In this document: piece after piece, positions 41,801 to 56,260 of the stretch
Numbering within the stretch: position 1 is the first letter of the stretch
Layout of the letters: each line of letters begins with the position of its first letter
NCBI GenBank assembly: GCA_951406725.2
Contig: OX597826.1
Coordinates: 14,446,001 to 14,510,000 of the forward strand
DNA length: 64,000 nt
DNA from: Octopus vulgaris
Lineage: Eukaryota
Direction: 5' to 3'
Notes under the pieces: model-generated
Database searches by the model: none
Seen by the model: only the letters and a program-made list of their open reading frames with translations
Told to the model about the DNA's origin: nothing
Program-made: the position numbers and the translations under genes

Positions 41801-42414
41801 TGCCTTATTCATGTCTATGGTAGTATCATGTTACAATTGACAGACTAGATGGAAGCGTCCCGCTTTTATTTCACTGAAAGCGCTACACACATTTTGTGCA
41901 TCATTCTTTCACACTCAACTTAACCGGTAAAAGCTGAATGCCGCTATAACCTGCCTTCTCATTTAGCTCTTGTTAAAACGGTTTTGGGACTCATAACTAT
42001 AAGATCATAAGCTCTCAAAATTATTGGTATCGATTCTGTTTCAATATGTCTCAAAGAATGGAATGTAAACAACCAGATTGTTTGCAGATGTGATATGTAA
42101 AGCAATTATCACCTTCCTCGTGTAATATTCAATAAGGTTATTCAAGAGAATTTAAATGAAATTTTTAATCTATCAAACATTGCCAAGCGGAAGAGAAACA
42201 TAGCACTTACATTCACGCGGCAAACGCAACAATGGTGATAACAACATATATTTACAATATTTATCATTTGCATAAATAATCGATTTGAACACACACACTG
42301 AATACATATATAATGTATATGAATGTACTGTATATGAGCATACATATACATGCAAACATACATTCGCACATTCACAAACTGATACACAGAAGCACATATA
42401 TTGATGCATATGTG

Positions 42415-42580
<166 letters not shown>

Positions 42581-42949
42581 GTAAACCCCAAAGATGAAGT
42601 CGAACAAACATAAAGAAACAACGCGACGACGTCAGCAGACGCTCGGGGAAGGAAAGCTGGTTTAATCGCAGGGAAAAACATCGTCAGCGATTCACACCTA
42701 TGTTTGCGCTTAAACCAAATTTGTGCTTATATACTGCACTCGATCAAATGATGATTGATACTGTCGTATCCTCTACCGTAGATTGTATCTTTGCTGCTGT
42801 CTGTTTCTTATTACTTGTCTTTATCAGATTTGTTTGGCTGGCTTGTTTCTGGGCAGCTATAATTAGAGTTTCTCTTTCTCGTCTGGTGTTCCCCTCGCCA
42901 ATGAGAGCCAGCGATCTTTATCGCCAATATTCTTGTAGTCTTACATAAA

Positions 42950-43610
42950 TTGTCCACGTAGTTCCATTTATTTCTATTTATTTGCTCTGTTCTTCATTTT
43001 CCTTTTGAATTCTCCCACTGTTTCAGTCAGTTTTGGGGTATCTCTGGCTGCTCGTAATATTCGTTGTATACTCAGCGCAACAATTTTTCAGACCCAGTAT
43101 CAGAGTATTAACAGTGACCTCTGCGTTCAGTAATCCTCTTTCACCTTCCTTTCTTTGTATGTGGAGAGGGTCGGCATTGTGATCAGAATGGAATGGGTCA
43201 GCATTCTAATTCTGAACATTTTTAGTTCTATCCAACATATTAAGCTCAAACTTTTTCCATTCTTGAAAGGTAGCTGAATATCTCAACATTAGCACAGCCC
43301 ATGTATTTAAGGTTTAATGATGATCCCTGCATTTAATTTTGTTTCAGCACCCTAATGATTCTCTCGTAGTCTTTAGTGGCTTACCCTCTCGTTATCTTAT
43401 TCTCATGCGACACTTATAGATATTTGTATCCCTCATTATTCCACAGCCATCTAATGATGGTGTCTTGTGGTAATTTTATGCCCTCATAATTTTATGCGCA
43501 CTCCTATACCATAAATTAAGTTGCGTTATCTTTACTGAATACTCTCATTGTTTGGATCAAAGAATGTGACCAAATTTTAATAAAGTAGGTGATTTACTCT
43601 CATCTTAATT
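42950..43610 (-). mobile_element. Older, highly decayed R4/Dong-like RT fragment
   Basis: Minus-strand remnants EGYKYL, ETKLNAG and LNTWAV; no long ORF. Confidence 0.55.
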
Positions 43611-44151
43611 ATAATAAACTCATTTGTGTGAGAGAGCAATGCCACCAAAGTGACAGTGGGATGAAAATATAGGCAACTCAACATACTCATCGTGACTACC
43701 CGTGTGATAAGAGGATATCCAGCACATGCATCACAAAAATATGTGCGCTACATGGTGATATCATATAAAGATATACAGAGCATGACCTTGCAGGTAGGTC
43801 CTAGTTAGAATTTTCTTCAGCTTGTGTAGTTCTACCCTCTCAAAAATCACTGAATAAGGTTTTGTTTAGGGGTGCTGAACGAAGCAGAGGTGAATTATCC
43901 GAAGAATTCCTCTCAAAACTCAATGATGCTTCCCCACTACTTCTGCTCGTGATCAGAGACTCACATATCGTCAGCCACTAAGGGTTTGCTCAACTAGTTA
44001 AGGTCAAGCAACTGATAAGTAAATATGTGGTATTGAACCGAATATTTGCAGTAGCCTTTCTTTTATACCACGACAAAACATGTACATGATAACATTCCAA
44101 TCAGTTAAGATCAAAGGCCATAAGAATCACTGCCTGGTACTGCATCAGAGT

Positions 44152-44590
<439 letters not shown>

Positions 44591-44592
<2 letters not shown>

Positions 44593-46880
44593 TATGTTTG
44601 ACTTTTGCTCTGCATTTGTACTTGGCTCCCAGAGTCACCCAGAGACCTTATGAGACAACAAATTAGAAGTTCATGTTGGTGTTATGCCTACGCTGCAATA
44701 TATTTGGTTTTGCACATAGTATTGTTCTAGAGAATGTTTAAGAAAACATAGGAATATTATGAGTTTGTTTTAAAATTTGAGATTACATAGCCAGTATTTT
44801 ACGTAGGATATGGGCAGTTCCCACGAGTACTAACTTTTGATTTTTTGCGATTTTGTGGTTTTATGGTATCTGGGCTAGGCAGCAATCAGCCCCTTTTGCT
44901 ATTATTCCAAGTGTACCTATGTCAACAGGCATTGTTTTAGTCTTAAGGTTCCACATTTTGCTAATTTCTATTTCAAGATCTTTATAGTTGCTCAGATTTT
45001 GGTAAGTCTTGACAGATACGTTTATGTCAATTGGAATAGTCATATCAATGAGGAGGTATGATATTTGTTTGAAGACTTTCAATATAAAGTCTGGCCGATT
45101 TGCATCTATTTTTCTCTCAGTTTGAATGGTGACCTTCGAGAGGAGTGAGATGTGATCCTTTTCAAGCACTGGAGGAGGTTTGTATTCCCACAAATTTTTA
45201 TCATGTGGCAAGTCCTGACTTTTGCAAATTACCCAGTGAATATATTTTGCAGCTCTATCATACCTGTTGAGATACCCTCTAGGTATAAGAAGACTGCATA
45301 TGGAGACAACGTGATCAATGGTTTCATTTTGTTGTTGACATACATGACATGTTGGGAAACTGAAGTTTTAATATATGTTGGTCTGGTAGCTTCTGGTCTG
45401 TAAGCATTGATCTTGGACCGCTATGATAAACCCTTCTGTTTCTCATTTTGAGCTAGAAGCCATTAACCATTGATGGGAAAGGGTTCTGTGAACATTAGCA
45501 TTATTTGCCCTGTTCGGGTATTTGCCATTTATCAGTAAGAATATCTAAGGCAGCATTTTAACACGGGTTTTCATGCGCTTAGCATTTTCTCTGCTTCTTT
45601 CTCGTGCGTCAGATTCTGGAATTTGTTGTATTTGGAATTCACTTAAATATCTCTTTGCCTCTTTTGTTACTGAGTATGATGCTTTCTTGTTTTCATGTTT
45701 TGAGATAAGTTTTAACATCCAGTCCTCATAGTTTTCAGGTAGGTGTCTAGACCAATCGTAGCAATCTTCATTGTTAATTCCAGTTGTAAAAGTCCACGGC
45801 CTCCATCTTTTCTTGATACATAAAGTCGTTCTATATCTGCCTTAGTCTGCAATTGTCGTATTTTCTGTTAAGATTACAGATTTCGGTAATCGACCAGTTA
45901 ATGATATTGAAACTGTAAGTCACGGCTTGTATGGCTAAAGCATTGATCGCTTCGATCCCGTTTCTTGCATTCAGCTCTGTTTTGAGTATAGCTCTCACCC
46001 TGCGATAACATTCTCTTCTTATCCTTTCCCTGATCACTGAATGTCAGATTCCGTCCGCTTCAAATAACCCTAGGTATTTGTAGCTCTTCGCTGGTTCTAA
46101 GTCCTTTATGACGTTTTGCTAGTCAAGGTTAACGGTAGATGATTCTGTCATTTTTCCTTTGATAAAGATAGCTTTTGCACATTTATCGAGACCAGATAAC
46201 ATCATGATGTCATCACTGAATTGTTTAACATTCGCTAGTAAGCCCTGGATTTGTTGGTTATTTTTTGCGAAGAGCTTTATATCATCCATGTAAATGAGAT
46301 GATTTAAAGCTTCATCAAACAATTCATAACCGTATTGTACATCATTGAGCAATTTCGAGAGATGTATTGAGGCTAAGCAAAAGAGGATTGTTGATAGCGA
46401 ATCACAATGGAAAATGCTACATGAAATTCTTGCATCTCCAGCATTTAGAGATTCATTGTCACTATTCAAAAACAGTGAGGTTCTCCATGATCTCATACTT
46501 AGAACAAGAAATTTCCCAGAGTATGTGGTATACTATCAAAAGCTTTTTTATGATCTATCCAGGCGATTGAAAAGTTTTTGTGCCGTTTGTCACAATCTTC
46601 CAAGATCATCTAGGTTGTAAAGTAGCTGATCTTTACAACCATAGATTCCACGTTTACATCCTTTTTGCTCATTAGGGAATATGCCACTTTCTGATAAAAA
46701 AAAAAGAAACCAGTTATATTCAGTCAAGACAGATGTTAGCGCTTTATACATTGTTGTTAAGCAGGGTAGATAATATTCTGGTTCATTTGTTCCTTCATTT
46801 TTAGGAAGCTGGAATGTTAAACATTTACTAGCCAAGAGGGAATCATAATAGGATGTTTCAAAACTTTTTTGTATATTATA
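44591..46880 (-). mobile_element. 5'-truncated R4/Dong-like LINE relic (RT, zinc knuckle, restriction-like endonuclease) between (TAA)n tracts
   Basis: EQKGCKRGIYGCKDQLL, WIDHKKAFDSIPH, NHLIYMDDIKLFAK, LKTELNARNGIEAINALA, CHVCQQQNETIDHVVSIC, and the RLE motif ANRPDFILK...LLIDMTIP...YKDLEIEISKMW. Many stops and frameshifts. Confidence 0.92.
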
Positions 46881-46942
<62 letters not shown>

Positions 46943-46973
46943 CATCATCATCATCATCATCATTATTATCATA

Positions 46974-47038
<65 letters not shown>
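46880..47038. repeat. (TTA)n/(TCA)n microsatellite
   Basis: Direct reading. Confidence 0.97.
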
Positions 47039-47309
47039 AATTATGTAGTGTGAAGGATAACCTCGTAGCATATCTGGGGCATAATGAACAGGACAATTCG
47101 TAAATAGAAGAAAGAATCCACAGAACCAGATTTTTGAGATTACTGCATGAAACTTAGCAAGAAATTCCAGAAGAGAATATTCTTCATCTGATCAGTAGCA
47201 TGACTAATTGTGTATTTTTATCGAAAAAAGGCAAAGAGCATGTCTACTAAATATTGGATATTCACATTATAGTAATCAATAAATAGTTTGAATGTATAAT
47301 TCAAGATTT

Positions 47310-48140
47310 AAATATACCAGGTCATCCCATAAGTTCTGTCTGAATTTCGAATAAAGAAACAAGTGATAGTCACAAGTCTATCCAAAAAGGGTGAAATGAG
47401 TTCACGAGAATGGAGAGAAGAGCAGATGTCAACTCGGAATTTGCGGTTGCTTTCGGACAATTCATGAAGCACCCATTTTCCAAGTTTAGGAACCTTTCCA
47501 AGTTGCTGAAGATGACAATGAATAGTTGTATGGTTTGAACTAAGCTTCATTGCCAATTCTTCAACTGATAATGCAGATTTTCTTCGAGTAATGCCTCAAG
47601 GAACTTATCATCAAACTCAACTGGACGTCCTGTTCGATCTTCATCTGCAAGGCTGACATCTCCACTTGTAAATTTTGCAACACAACTTCTGCAAGTTCCT
47701 TCATTCAGGCATTCTTTCCCAAAAACTTAATGTCTTTCGAGTCACTTCGGCTGTAGAGTTTCCATTTTTTGTACTCATGGATCGGTCTGGTTACGGAGTA
47801 GAAGCGACGAGCAAATTTCTTATCTGCGTTTTTCTGATTTTCATTTAAATCTTGTGGTACCCTATTCGTCGAGCTTATTTGATTTTCCGATCGCATGCAA
47901 ATGGCGGCAGGCAGTTTGCTGGTTAACTTGGAGTTCTTTTGCTAGTTTCGTGTGGGTTTTTACGTGGATCTTTCTCAATGATGGTCTTTAATTAGCCGTC
48001 ATCGATGACAGCTGGGCATCCACTACGCTCACGATCTTCAAGGCTCGGGTCTTAACTACGAGATCGTTTAAGCCATTTTCAAGCTAACTATTCACTGGTC
48101 ATTTCCTCACCAAATGTTTCGTTGATATTGCGAGCAATTT
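47310..48140 (-). mobile_element. Mariner transposase N-terminal fragments
   Basis: TIHCHLQQLGKVPKLGKWVLHELSE...FLDRLVT (WVPHEL motif), with the upstream HTH segment DEDRTGRPVEFDD. A second HTH-like piece lies at ~47990-48130. Confidence 0.8.
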
Positions 48141-49038
48141 TTGAAGTTAAGTAGCAAAATTGTTTGAATACCGCGACGGTGAAAAAAATACCAATGTTAA
48201 TTAATTGATGCATTTGGGCAAATATATGTCTGTGTGTGTGTGTGCGTGTGTGCGTGTGTGAGTTTGTAAGATGGTATAATTATAACCAGGGTAAACTTTA
48301 GCCATATTTCGTAGACTGAAAAAAATTGAACACCCTTAATCGCTTTTTGGGACTTAGCTGGTTCGCTTCACAGGTGTCTACATCATTCTGACAATCTACA
48401 GAGAGACGCGCAGACAAACTGCTTATATACTCAAAAAATATATTTTAATAATGAAGAGTAAAATCAATAATAATTTTACCAGGTACCCAGTACAGAAATA
48501 GAAACTTTTTAGGTTAATTTTACAAATATTTTATAATCATATACATAATTATAAGAACGGGTCTGACTTATGCTTCGCCACGTACCGATTAGAAATAGAA
48601 GCTAAAATCTTTTTTACTACCATAAAACCTATGAGAAATAACACACTTTTAATGTAGGCAAAATAAATATAATGAAGCAACAAGGCCGGTTAATTATGAA
48701 CGCGTTTCGAAGTTAAAGTAAAACATATTACTCACTGTTTCTATGTGAGTATGTATATATGTATATGTTTATGTGTGCGTATATTTATATGTATAAATGT
48801 CCAATATATAAGTAAGCATACATCTATGTGTGTATGAGGATGAAGTTGCGGGCATATTTACTAATATGAGTGCATTTTTCCTTTGTTAACAATCAATTAA
48901 CACGGAAAAATTAGATAAATAGTTACCGGGGTAGCAAAAAATCACACAAATAAAATGACAACTTTGAAACATGTGTCGGAAGTAAAAGTATTTGAATTAT
49001 ACCTGCATTAAACTCCATATATATGTATATATATATAT

Positions 49039-49376
49039 GAGACCCCCTTCGGTCACGACACTGACCAAGGAATTGCACCAAGAAAGTTACCATCCCAGGC
49101 ACAAGTCCGGGCAATGTTGTTTATGGAAGACCAGCAGTCGCCCATGTATACCATCCTCCCCTCTCCACGCCACCAGTGTTATCCAAGGGAAAGGCAACAG
49201 CAGATACAGCTTGGCACCTGTGACGTCGCAACTCATTTCTACAGCTGAGTGAACTGGAGTAACGTGAAATAAAGGGTCTTGCTCAAGAACACAATATGCA
49301 GCCCGGTCCGGGATTTGAGCTCACAACCTCACGATCGTAAGCTCGACTCGCTAAACACTGAGCCATGCGCTTTCAC
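49039..49376 (-). mobile_element. tRNA-derived SINE with similar head and core to 22679 but a different tail
   Basis: CTCATTTCTACAGCTGAGTGAACTGGAG...CTTGCTCAAGAACACAA is the reverse complement of the 22679 core; the 3' ~190 bp differ. Confidence 0.8.
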
Positions 49377-49664
49377 ATAGGCGCTTTTTATCTTTTATAT
49401 TTCTCCTATCTATTACGGTAACGTCCCATTTATTCAACAGTTCTTTTATAGCGTCTATTGTCATAATAGCCGTTGGAAATGCATCTTAGCTCTTAGCTCC
49501 CGCATATGAAACTATGAGTTCTTTTATTACAACTTACTGTTTCTCCTAAACTATATATTTGTAAATTCCTCTATTTACCTAATATCCAAGTTTCATTCTT
49601 TTGCTTTCATTTTATTATTATTGTTGTTATTATTATTATTATTATTTATTATTATATTAGAAAA

Positions 49665-49995
49665 ACACCGCCGCGTGCTTTATTTCTCGTTCGGCTGCAA
49701 TCATCAGCTGAGTGCCGTTGCAACCGGACTCATGCCAGTTCTGTGGTCTTATACGCTTTACACAAATGACCTGGTAATCCAAGCACTACCCTCAACTGCT
49801 TTCTCCCCATATTTCTTGATTATACTCCTCGCAGCAGATACACCAGCAATCTTCAGAAATCTTCTGAGGGTAGCTGCTGTGAAACACCTGCACCAAACCT
49901 CGAACGGAACCAGCTCACAGATGTAAGCCTTCTCTTGAATCTCTTCAGAGCCCAACAGCTTCCACTCATGGGACTCAGTAATGCTCTACTCCTAT
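49665..49995 (-). mobile_element. 3' end of an RLE-type (Hero/NeSL-like) non-LTR retrotransposon
   Basis: ESHEWK...LVPFEVWCRCF...AVEGSAWI* resembles the P.EVGCRGF...S.WIW C-terminus. A short 3' UTR and (AAT)n follow. Confidence 0.65.
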
Positions 49996-50009
49996 ATACA
50001 TATGTTTGG

Positions 50010-50048
<39 letters not shown>

Positions 50049-50216
50049 CGCAGGAATGGTTGTGTCATGAGTAGCTTGCTTAACTACCACATGCTTCCGG
50101 GTTCAGTCGCACTGCGTTTCACCTTGGGTGAGTATTTCCTACTATAGCCTCCGGTCGACCAAAGTGTTGTGAGTGGATTTGGTAGACGTAAACTGAAAGA
50201 AGCACGTCGTATATAC

Positions 50217-50265
<49 letters not shown>

Positions 50266-50439
50266 AGTACTACGGTATATATATTCTTATTTGTATACAT
50301 TAATGCACAAACACTCACCTACCTACATTTGTGTAAATCTATGTATGTATAAGTGTGTGTATTTGTATTTTGTACATGCATATATGCGTATATATGCATA
50401 TACATATGTTATATGTATGTGCGTACATACCTACACACA

Positions 50440-50526
50440 CATACATACATACATACATACATACATACATACATACATACATACATACATACATACATAC
50501 ATACATACATACATACATACATACAT
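50440..50526. repeat. (CATA)n microsatellite at the SINE tail
   Basis: Direct reading. Confidence 0.95.
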
Positions 50527-50916
50527 GGAATGGATTGGAAGCACTCCGTCGGTTACGACGATGAAGGTTTCGGTTGATCCGAATCAACGGAACAGCCTGC
50601 TCGTGAATTTAACGTGTAAGTGGCTGAGCACTCCACAGACACGTGTACCCTTAACGTATTTCTCGAGGATATTCAGCGTGACACAGAGAGTGACAAGGCC
50701 GGTCCTTTGAATTACAGGTACAACAGAAACAGGAAGTGAGAGAGAGAGAAGTTGTGATGAAAGAGTACAGCAGGGATCACCACCATCCCTGCCGGAGCCT
50801 CGTGGAGCCTTAGGTGTTTTCGCTCAATAAACACTCACGACGCCCGGTCTGGGAATCGAAACCGCGATCCTACGACAGCGAGTCCGCTGCCCTAACCACT
50901 GGGCCATTGCGCCTCC
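50526..50916 (-). mobile_element. Full-length copy of the same SINE, opposite strand
   Basis: Reverse complement aligns end to end with 26618-27000. Confidence 0.9.
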
Positions 50917-51456
50917 CATACATGCATACTTACATGGCATTCAGCTGGGTCCAAAGTTGAAAAATTTCATGTCAGGTTTTTTAAAATTTCAAATGGACAT
51001 TCCCATGATATGCCTGCACAATGTATATCCCAACTCATGAATTATATAAAAACAATGTAGTTACATCTGAGAAGTAAATTTTCTATTTAAGATTATAAAT
51101 ACAATAAATTTACGGGTTAATGAGGCTGACTTTTACTTGGGAAATACTGTTTTGTATTTCCAACAGGAAGAGGTCTATGTTTGTGGTGTTTGTGGTGAGG
51201 CATCAGGGATGTGACCTTGGTGCCAATGTAGCGGCAGTCCCAAAATGTTTAGGAGCCAATGAATAAACATATATTAGTTTCTAATTTTGGCAGAAGGACA
51301 ACAATTTCGGAGAGGAGGATAATCGGTGCTCAACTGGTACTTCTATTTCGAGCCTGAAAAGATCACCTTATTGCCTTAATATCTATTAATACTTAACAGT
51401 ACACAGTCAAGCAGTTACCAGTTCATAAGAAAATGTGGGATACTTAACTGTATGTA

Positions 51457-52705
51457 TTGGGTTGGCAACTATTTCCCGCAGTTTTTTTTTAAATTTAAAT
51501 ATTTTAAAAGGTTTAATAAAAATATCAACTAATTAATCAATAATGTATTCACCCTTGTTGTTTACAACTTCTTCCCAACGTTCAACAAGAATTTCAATAC
51601 CTCGTTGGTAGAAATCACCTGATTTCGACTTGAAAAATTGATCCAACCAAACTCTCAATTCTGCATCAGTATTGAACGAAACTCCGCGCATAGCCTTTGA
51701 AAGAGATCGGAAGAGGTGGAAATCCGTTGGTGGCAAATCAGGAGAGTACGGCGGGTGTGGCAGCACTTCCCAGCCAAGGCTACCATATTGGCGATATAAA
51801 GGCGGGCATTGTCGTGCCGCAGAATAACTCCATGCTACCGATTAGGTCTTTTCTCTTGAATAGCCTTGTTGAGTCGTTCCATCTGTTGAACATAAAGTTC
51901 CGCGTTGATCGTTTGGTTCCGTTCAAGCAATTCTTAATGGATAATTCTTTCCCAGTCCCACCAAACACAGCATCGTTTTACGCGGACGAATATCTTGTTT
52001 CAAGCGCGGTGTCGCTTGCTTACCGGAGCTAAGCCATTCCTTACTCTGCTTCATAGTGATGTACAGGCACCATTTTTCGTCGCCAGTAACGATTCGGTAA
52101 AGAAATCGTTGCTTGTGTCCATGAGTTGAGCGCTGACGAGCAAGCAATCCAGCAGAGATTGTGGCTCGTTAATTTTTGTTGTTGTCATTTAAAGCATGCA
52201 GAACCTATGCTCCTTTATAGCAATGTGGGAGCATTCCATTTTCTCTGCTACTTCCCTTGCCATTTGACAAGAATTTTCGTGCAAAAGTAGGTTTAATCGC
52301 TCTTCATCGAACTCAACTAGACGGCCAGGACGAGGTGCGTCTTTGAGGTCAAAATTTCCATTTTTAAAGTTGGCATACCAATCATGAGCGGTTCTTTCAG
52401 CTATAGTACCCTCTCCATTCACAGCACAAATGTCACGAGCAGATTTTGCAGCCTTAGAACATTGATTAAAAGCAAAAAGAAGGAAGTGTCGAAAATGCTG
52501 GTTTTTCTTAACTTGACATTCCATATTATTGATCTGTAAAATAAACTAAAATTAACTAAAATTAACTAGAAAAAAGAAAAACAAAGCAATAAAGATTCCA
52601 AATGATTCAAAAATAGAATTCTCGAAAAAAATAGATTCCAAAATTTAAAAACGCAGCAAATACTAAAATTTAAAGTACACGGCGGGAACTTAGTTGCCAA
52701 CCCAA
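51457..52705 (-). mobile_element. Near full-length, inactive mariner transposon
   Basis: TIRs TTGGGTTGGCAACTA.TTCCCGC / GCGGGAACTTAGTTGCCAACCCAA, with TA on the left and CA on the right. Transposase pieces 52524-51533 include MECQVKKNQHFRH, IVTGDEKW, HDNA and HPPYSPDLPPTDFHLFRSL; frameshifted. Confidence 0.95.
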
Positions 52706-52711
52706 CACATA

Positions 52712-52745
<34 letters not shown>

Positions 52746-52879
52746 CATATATAAATATATATACATATTCATATGCATATATATGAGTGTGTAGGTGTGT
52801 GTGGAGACGCAGTGGTTCAGTGGTTATGGCAGCAGACTTGCAGTCGTGGGATCGATGATTTTGATGACAGCGGAATAGA

Positions 52880-54295
52880 TGTTCAAGTCAGGCAAAAATG
52901 GGTGATCGGGAATCAAACTGTTCCAGCCTACGGAATGTCATCTTCGCTGTATGTAGCCGAGCATTATCCTGATAGAAGAACACATTTCGTTTTGAAACCA
53001 AAGATGGTAGTATGTCTTCTAGCGCTGACTTAAGCCTCTCGAGATTCTCGCAGTAGACCTGCTTAGTTATTGCTTGGTTTGGGTTTAAAAGTTGAAAATG
53101 GTCTAAACCATTCATAACCCACCAAACGACTAACACCTTATGTGGGTGAAGACATTCTTCAGCCTGGGAGGCCGGTGTTTCTCCTTTCCCTAGCCACAGT
53201 CTCTCAGCACTTGACATTTTGATAAAGAACCCATTTCTCGTCACCAGTTACTATTTGATCCAAAATAGATTCATTCGTGAGACGTGACAGCAAAGGGGAG
53301 CACACATTCACGCTTTGTGCGCGATTAGACTCGGAAATTTTGTGAGTAACCCCCTGACACAATTTGCTGACTTTTCCTTTTCTGCTTTCGGCACAAGGCC
53401 CGAAATTTTGGAGGAGCAAACCAGTCGACTAGATCGACCCCAGTACGCAACTGGTACTTAATTTATCGACCCTGAAAAGATGAAGGTCAAAGTCGACCTC
53501 AGGGGAATTTGAACTCAGAACGTGAAGACAGACGAAATACCACTAAGCATTTCGCCCGATGTTCTAAAGTTTCTTATTTCTTCATTACCCACAAGATGCT
53601 AAATATAGAGGGGACAAACATGGACAGACAAAGGGATTAAGTCGATTACATCGACCCCAGTGCATAATTGGTACTTAATTTATCGACCCCGAAAGGATGA
53701 AAGGCAAAGTCGATTTCGGCGGAATTTGAACTGAGAACGTAAAAACAGACGAAATACCGTTAAGTGTTTCGCCCGATGTGCTAAAGTTTCTGCGAGCTTG
53801 CCGCTGCATCTTCCGATGGCACACAAGTGTCGATGAATGGTTGAATGACAAAATCCAAGCTTCGTTGCTCTTTCCTCGGCAGTTACGATGTTCCTCCAGG
53901 TTTTGTGGGACGTACTTGTCGAGCTCTACAGATCTTCCAGGACGGGGCTTGTCTTATAGGCTGTAGCTTCTGGGTTGGTATTTCTGGAACCACCTTTCAC
54001 ACTGACTCATGATTATTGTCCTATCCTCATATACTCGATTAATATTGCTTGCGCTTTCCGTTGCGCTGTTCCTTTGTTGAACTCAAAAAGCAAAATATGC
54101 CGAATATTCTCCTATGTGACTTCCATTATAGCTTTAACAAATATCACTGTTGAAATCGAACTGCACTCTTCAAAACTTGCACTAATATTAAGTCCAAGGT
54201 GAAATGACTACCTGCTTTTATAGCGAGTTGGTGTAGGTAGTTTATCCCGCCCGCCTCCGACTTTAAATTCATGCTATATTTATGGGCTAACCCAA
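52880..54295 (-). mobile_element. Second mariner relic, 3'-truncated and interrupted by SINEs
   Basis: NIRHILLFEFNKG near 54100, IVTGDEKWVLY, and YQDNARLHTA. A single TIR-like end ...GGGCTAACCCAA-TA at 54295. Confidence 0.85.
53376..53805 (-). mobile_element. Two tandem SINE copies inserted in the mariner relic
   Basis: Same family core at ~53430-53570 and ~53640-53805; the mariner sequence resumes on both sides. Confidence 0.85.
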
Positions 54296-54325
54296 TATAT
54301 ATAATGGAATTAAAAGAATGGGTCA

Positions 54326-55285
54326 AGAACGCAAAACATCGAGACAGTTACTAAAAAGAGATACTAAGAAGAGAAAAAAAAAAGACCAGGACGGATCATT
54401 TGGAGTTTTCTTTCCTCAGTAGAGTTCCACATTATCTTTGCAATTTCGGCCGAATTTTCCTTTTCTGCTTTAGGCACAGGGCCCGAAATTTTGGAGGAAC
54501 AGGCTAGTCAACTGGTACTTAATCTATAGACCCCGGGATTGCTCTAATCTCGAGATTGCTCCAAACTGGCCAACCCCCAAATAAAAACTAAGCTAAGAGC
54601 ACTAGATTCCTTGGAAGAAAGCAGCAAATGTGTACGAAAACAAGGACGGAAAAAAAAAGGAAAAATGGTACACAAATACAAAGGCAATAACAGGACATTA
54701 ACAAGAGTTGTTTTTCGACTAAGGACGAATAAAATTAAGTTGATGAGTTTGGTAGTGAAATCTTACGGCAGGTACATAAGAGATGACAGGCACGGGGAAG
54801 AACATAGATATTGCAGGGATGGTTGTTGAGCCAAGAAATAAAGGCACGGTTTGGGCGAACACTGGTCACATGGAGAGAGAGGTAGAGGCAGAAGGATAGA
54901 AGAATAGGGAGGGGCGAGAAAAAAGAAAAGGGACAGAGTGGAGTGAAAGAGGAGGGAAGGTGAGAATGAAGAGAAAGCCAAGAACTGTGAGAGACGGGAA
55001 ACGAAAGAATGAAGAGTGGAAAGAACGAAGTGTAAAGGGGCTGATAGAAAGAAAGAATGAAAGAATAAGAGAGTCGTACAAAACTTATATATATATGTAC
55101 TTACATATAAGAGACCAAAGTGTACATACGCCGCCATATGTATATAAAAAGGAAGTTAAAAAATGGGACAATAACGCAAAATATCCAGATAGATGATACA
55201 AAAACGGTACAGGAAAAAACAAGGTTGGATGATTCGGAGTTTTCTTTCCTCAGACGAGTTCGGATTATCTTTACAATTTCGGCTG

Positions 55286-55290
<5 letters not shown>
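54326..55290 (-). repeat. Unclassified, possibly Penelope-like relic with terminal direct repeats
   Basis: GGAGTTTTCTTTCCTCAG..GAGTTC..ATTATCTTT.CAATTTCGGC at ~54403-54450 and ~55236-55283. A reverse-orientation fragment sits in (TA)n at 62350-62447. Confidence 0.5.
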
Positions 55291-55337
<47 letters not shown>

Positions 55338-55341
<4 letters not shown>

Positions 55342-56260
55342 TTTAGAGATTGTAGGCCCCTTCATCTCACCATATAAAAAATAATTTTTATTTTAAATAC
55401 CTACTGTTTTATAACTTGGCTACACGTGTTTCATGAGGTACATACGCCGGTTCCTGAACCCTTCAGTGTTTTGATGGAACCCTTCTTAAAATGTAACCCC
55501 AATCATCAGGCCCTTATATCACTTATCATCGTTCAATACTATAAACCATATTTTAATTTTCTAAAACCCTTAAGTATGTGTAAAATAGGTATGTTTAAAT
55601 TAGGTTCACTGGACCCTACAGTACAAGCCATAATTCAGATAAAAATTCAAATAAAAAGTTACAAAAATAAAGTAAGAAATAAAAGATAAAAGATAAAAAA
55701 TATAAATGCTAAAAAATATACGAAAAATTTACAAAAACTATGTTAGTAATATATAGGGTGCCAAAGATTCCAACATCACAATCAAAGTACAGATCCAGAT
55801 ACTGCAACAGCTTGGGTTTCAGAGGACCACAGCTCTTTAACATCCTCCCTAAATGCCTGAGAGACTTACATGGTGTGGATGTGGGTTTCTTTAAAACTAA
55901 ACTTGATCTCTTCTTGTCGGGGGTCCCAGATGAACCTACCTCACGACAGGAGACACAGATGCGGGCAGCAGCATCGAACTCCCTTGTTGATCAAGTGCCA
56001 CGTATCAGAGGTGGATTCACATATTAGTGTAGCTCATTCAGCGGTGGTGCCCCAGCATGGCCGCGGCCTTCGGGATAAAACATTTTTAAGGATTTTAAGG
56101 GTTAAAAATATAATATATACTTGTGATAATATAAAATAAAATGAAAGGAATGGCAAGAAAAGTATACACGAATAAAAATTAATAAACATGTAGCCAAGTT
56201 ATTTGAAATAAAAATTATTTTTATATGGTGAGATGAAGGGGCCTACGATCTCTAAATTAA
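55338..56260. mobile_element. Fold-back element with ~80-90 bp terminal inverted repeats, adjoining (TA)n and containing the LINE fragment
   Basis: TTAATTTAGAGATTGTAGGCCCCTTCATCTCACCATATAAAAAATAATTTT...TAACTTGGCTACA (from 55338) is mirrored by TGTAGCCAAGTTA...TATGGTGAGATGAAGGGGCCTACGATCTCTAAATTAA (to 56260). Confidence 0.75.
55753..56100 (+). mobile_element. CR1/L2-group LINE 3' fragment
   Basis: CNSLGFRGPQLFNILPKCLRDL...FKTKLDLFLSGVPDEP...AASNSL, then a short 3' UTR ending in (TTTTAAGG)2. Confidence 0.85.

Noticed and set aside
49670-49745. Hammerhead ribozyme in the retroelement 3' UTR (CTGATGA on the minus strand)
   Set aside because: No correctly placed GAAA or stem III; only a simple GGTTGCAA/TTGCAGCC hairpin.
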